Positions 62,551 to 64,000 of a DNA stretch of 64,000 nt are shown here, in pieces (the first letter of the stretch is position 1; each line of letters opens with the position of its first letter). Position numbers and translations under genes: made by a program. Origin of the DNA: Chiloscyllium plagiosum (lineage: Eukaryota); the NCBI RefSeq assembly GCF_004010195.1, contig NC_057749.1, forward strand, positions 21,903,998-21,967,997, written 5' to 3'. The notes below the pieces were generated by a model. That model did not search any database. It saw only the letters and a program-made list of their open reading frames with translations, and was not told the DNA's origin.

Positions 62551-62849
62551 AATTGATGATTGATCACTCACAACAGAAATTTGATCACCAGGATCAACAA
62601 ATTAATCAGTCAGCGCAGGTAATCAATCACCCATAGCTGAGATTCCAGCACTTAGAACTAAGGAATAGAAACTTGATTCCCTGGAGAGACTCGCAGAATG
62701 AATCAGCCAGAACAAAGGATTGATTAAATCTTGCAGAGAGTTCTTGATCCAGAGAAGAGAATTGATCATTTGAACAGAAAATCAATTTCCAAGAACAAAG
62801 TCCATCACTCAGAGTGGTGAGTGGATCACCCAGCACATCAGGGCCAGAG

Positions 62850-63140
62850 TCATTAATCTGGAAGGAGGCTATTTGGCTCATCCAGCCTGTACGGTCAGAT
62901 CTTGGCTCCATTTTCCTGTCTGACTCCCATAGCCCTCAACCGGTTTGTGGATTACAAATCCATCTCGCTGTGCCCTGACTACATTCAATGTCCATCACTT
63001 TCTGACGAAGAGAACTCACAAAATGACAACCCTTGGAGAGAGAAAAATATTTCCCTCACCTTAATCTTAAAAGGGAAACCTTTAAGTCTCAAGCCGTCTG
63101 CTGTTGTTCTGGTCTCCCCGACAAACGGAATCATTCTCCC
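62850..63140 (-). mobile_element. Old CR1 3' fragment
   Basis: Encodes PFVGETRTTADGLRLKGFPFKIKVREIFFS. Confidence 0.7.
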
Positions 63141-63925
63141 ATCAGGGCCAGGGATTGAACTGTAGCATCTCCTAGCTGCTTCCAGCCCAGAAACCCACCC
63201 CCACTCACAGCAGTCCTGCCCCTGCCCACCTCCCCAATCTGACCACTGTGTCCCCCACCCCCCCACTCCAAACACAGAGGTTCCTGCAACCCCTAATTCT
63301 AGCTCAAACATTGCCAACCCTCGGTCCTGGGCCTTGCCTCTAGGTGTGGATCCATCAGGTTCATTCTGGATCTTATATGTTCAGTCAGGACTCACTGGGA
63401 TCGAGCTCTTGAAATAAGTCCTCCACATTTCCAGAGTTATCTCCAAAAGTGAAAAAAAAGTTTAATCCAGCTATCCCAGGTCTCCAACGGGCCGGACTAA
63501 AAGAAAGCATTCATGAGGTTTGTGTACTTAAAAAGGAACATCACTACATGCTGAACATGTTGCCTTTATCAAATGGCAATTGGGAAATATGAATCATTCA
63601 ATTAAAACGCTACAACTTAAACTCTACCCTTTTCAACAGCCCCTCCCCCTCTCCCCCACTGTTTCACAAACAGACAGACATACACAGAGACATATTAGGG
63701 GTGGAACAAACAAAATTGATCTGGGTGGACCAGTTATTTTTTTTTGGTTTCTTCCAAATTTCTTCCAGCATTTTGCTGCTGACAGGTTTGAGGCTTTCTT
63801 TCCCATGTGGGTTGGGAATTTGTGGTTCCACTCTCTGGGTGCTTCACACTCTCCACTGTTCTTGGGAGCTGGTTTCAAATCCTGGATCTGGAATTAAGAA
63901 TCTAATAATGACTGCGAAACCATTC

Positions 63926-64000
63926 ACCGTGGCTCTGTGGTTAGCACTGCTGCCTCACAGCGCCAGGGACCTAGGTTCGATTCCACCCTTGGGTGACTGT
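63926..64000 (+). mobile_element. HE1-type SINE 5' end (truncated by window)
   Basis: CACCGTGGCTCTGTGGTTAGCACTGCTGCCTCACAGCGCCAGGGAC. Confidence 0.85.

Noticed and set aside
62032..62571. Intact CR1 gene
   Set aside because: Only a 5'-truncated ORF2 C-terminal fragment, with no endonuclease or RT core.

Overview
Repeat-dense eukaryotic genomic DNA, almost certainly from a shark or other elasmobranch (inferred from abundant HE1-type tRNA-derived SINEs that share a 3' tail with HER1/CR1-type LINE fragments). I find no host protein-coding gene I can support. Nearly all supplied ORFs are translations of SINEs, LINE fragments, simple repeats or tandem arrays. The window holds: ~16 HE1-type SINEs; a second tRNA-headed SINE family and its apparent partner LINE; one DeuSINE-like copy; many CR1 fragments; Rex/Babar, RTE, L2 and Tx1/L1 fragments; two probable solo LTRs; and many short Penelope-like (GIY-YIG) insertions with 10-15 bp TSDs and fold-back ends. 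It also has three tandem arrays: a 33-bp minisatellite (~1.1 kb), a CpG-rich 51/52-bp array (~8.4 kb) and a 19-bp array. The most notable observations are (i) about a dozen minimal hammerhead-ribozyme motifs of two designs in the Penelope-like ends, including one Penelope inserted at another element's hammerhead, (ii) a minisatellite that appears to derive from a DeuSINE core motif, (iii) several local direct and inverted duplications of otherwise unique sequence, and (iv) a few decayed coding-like frames of unknown origin. Coordinates were read by eye and element boundaries are approximate. Family names are recognised from memory, not from a database search.
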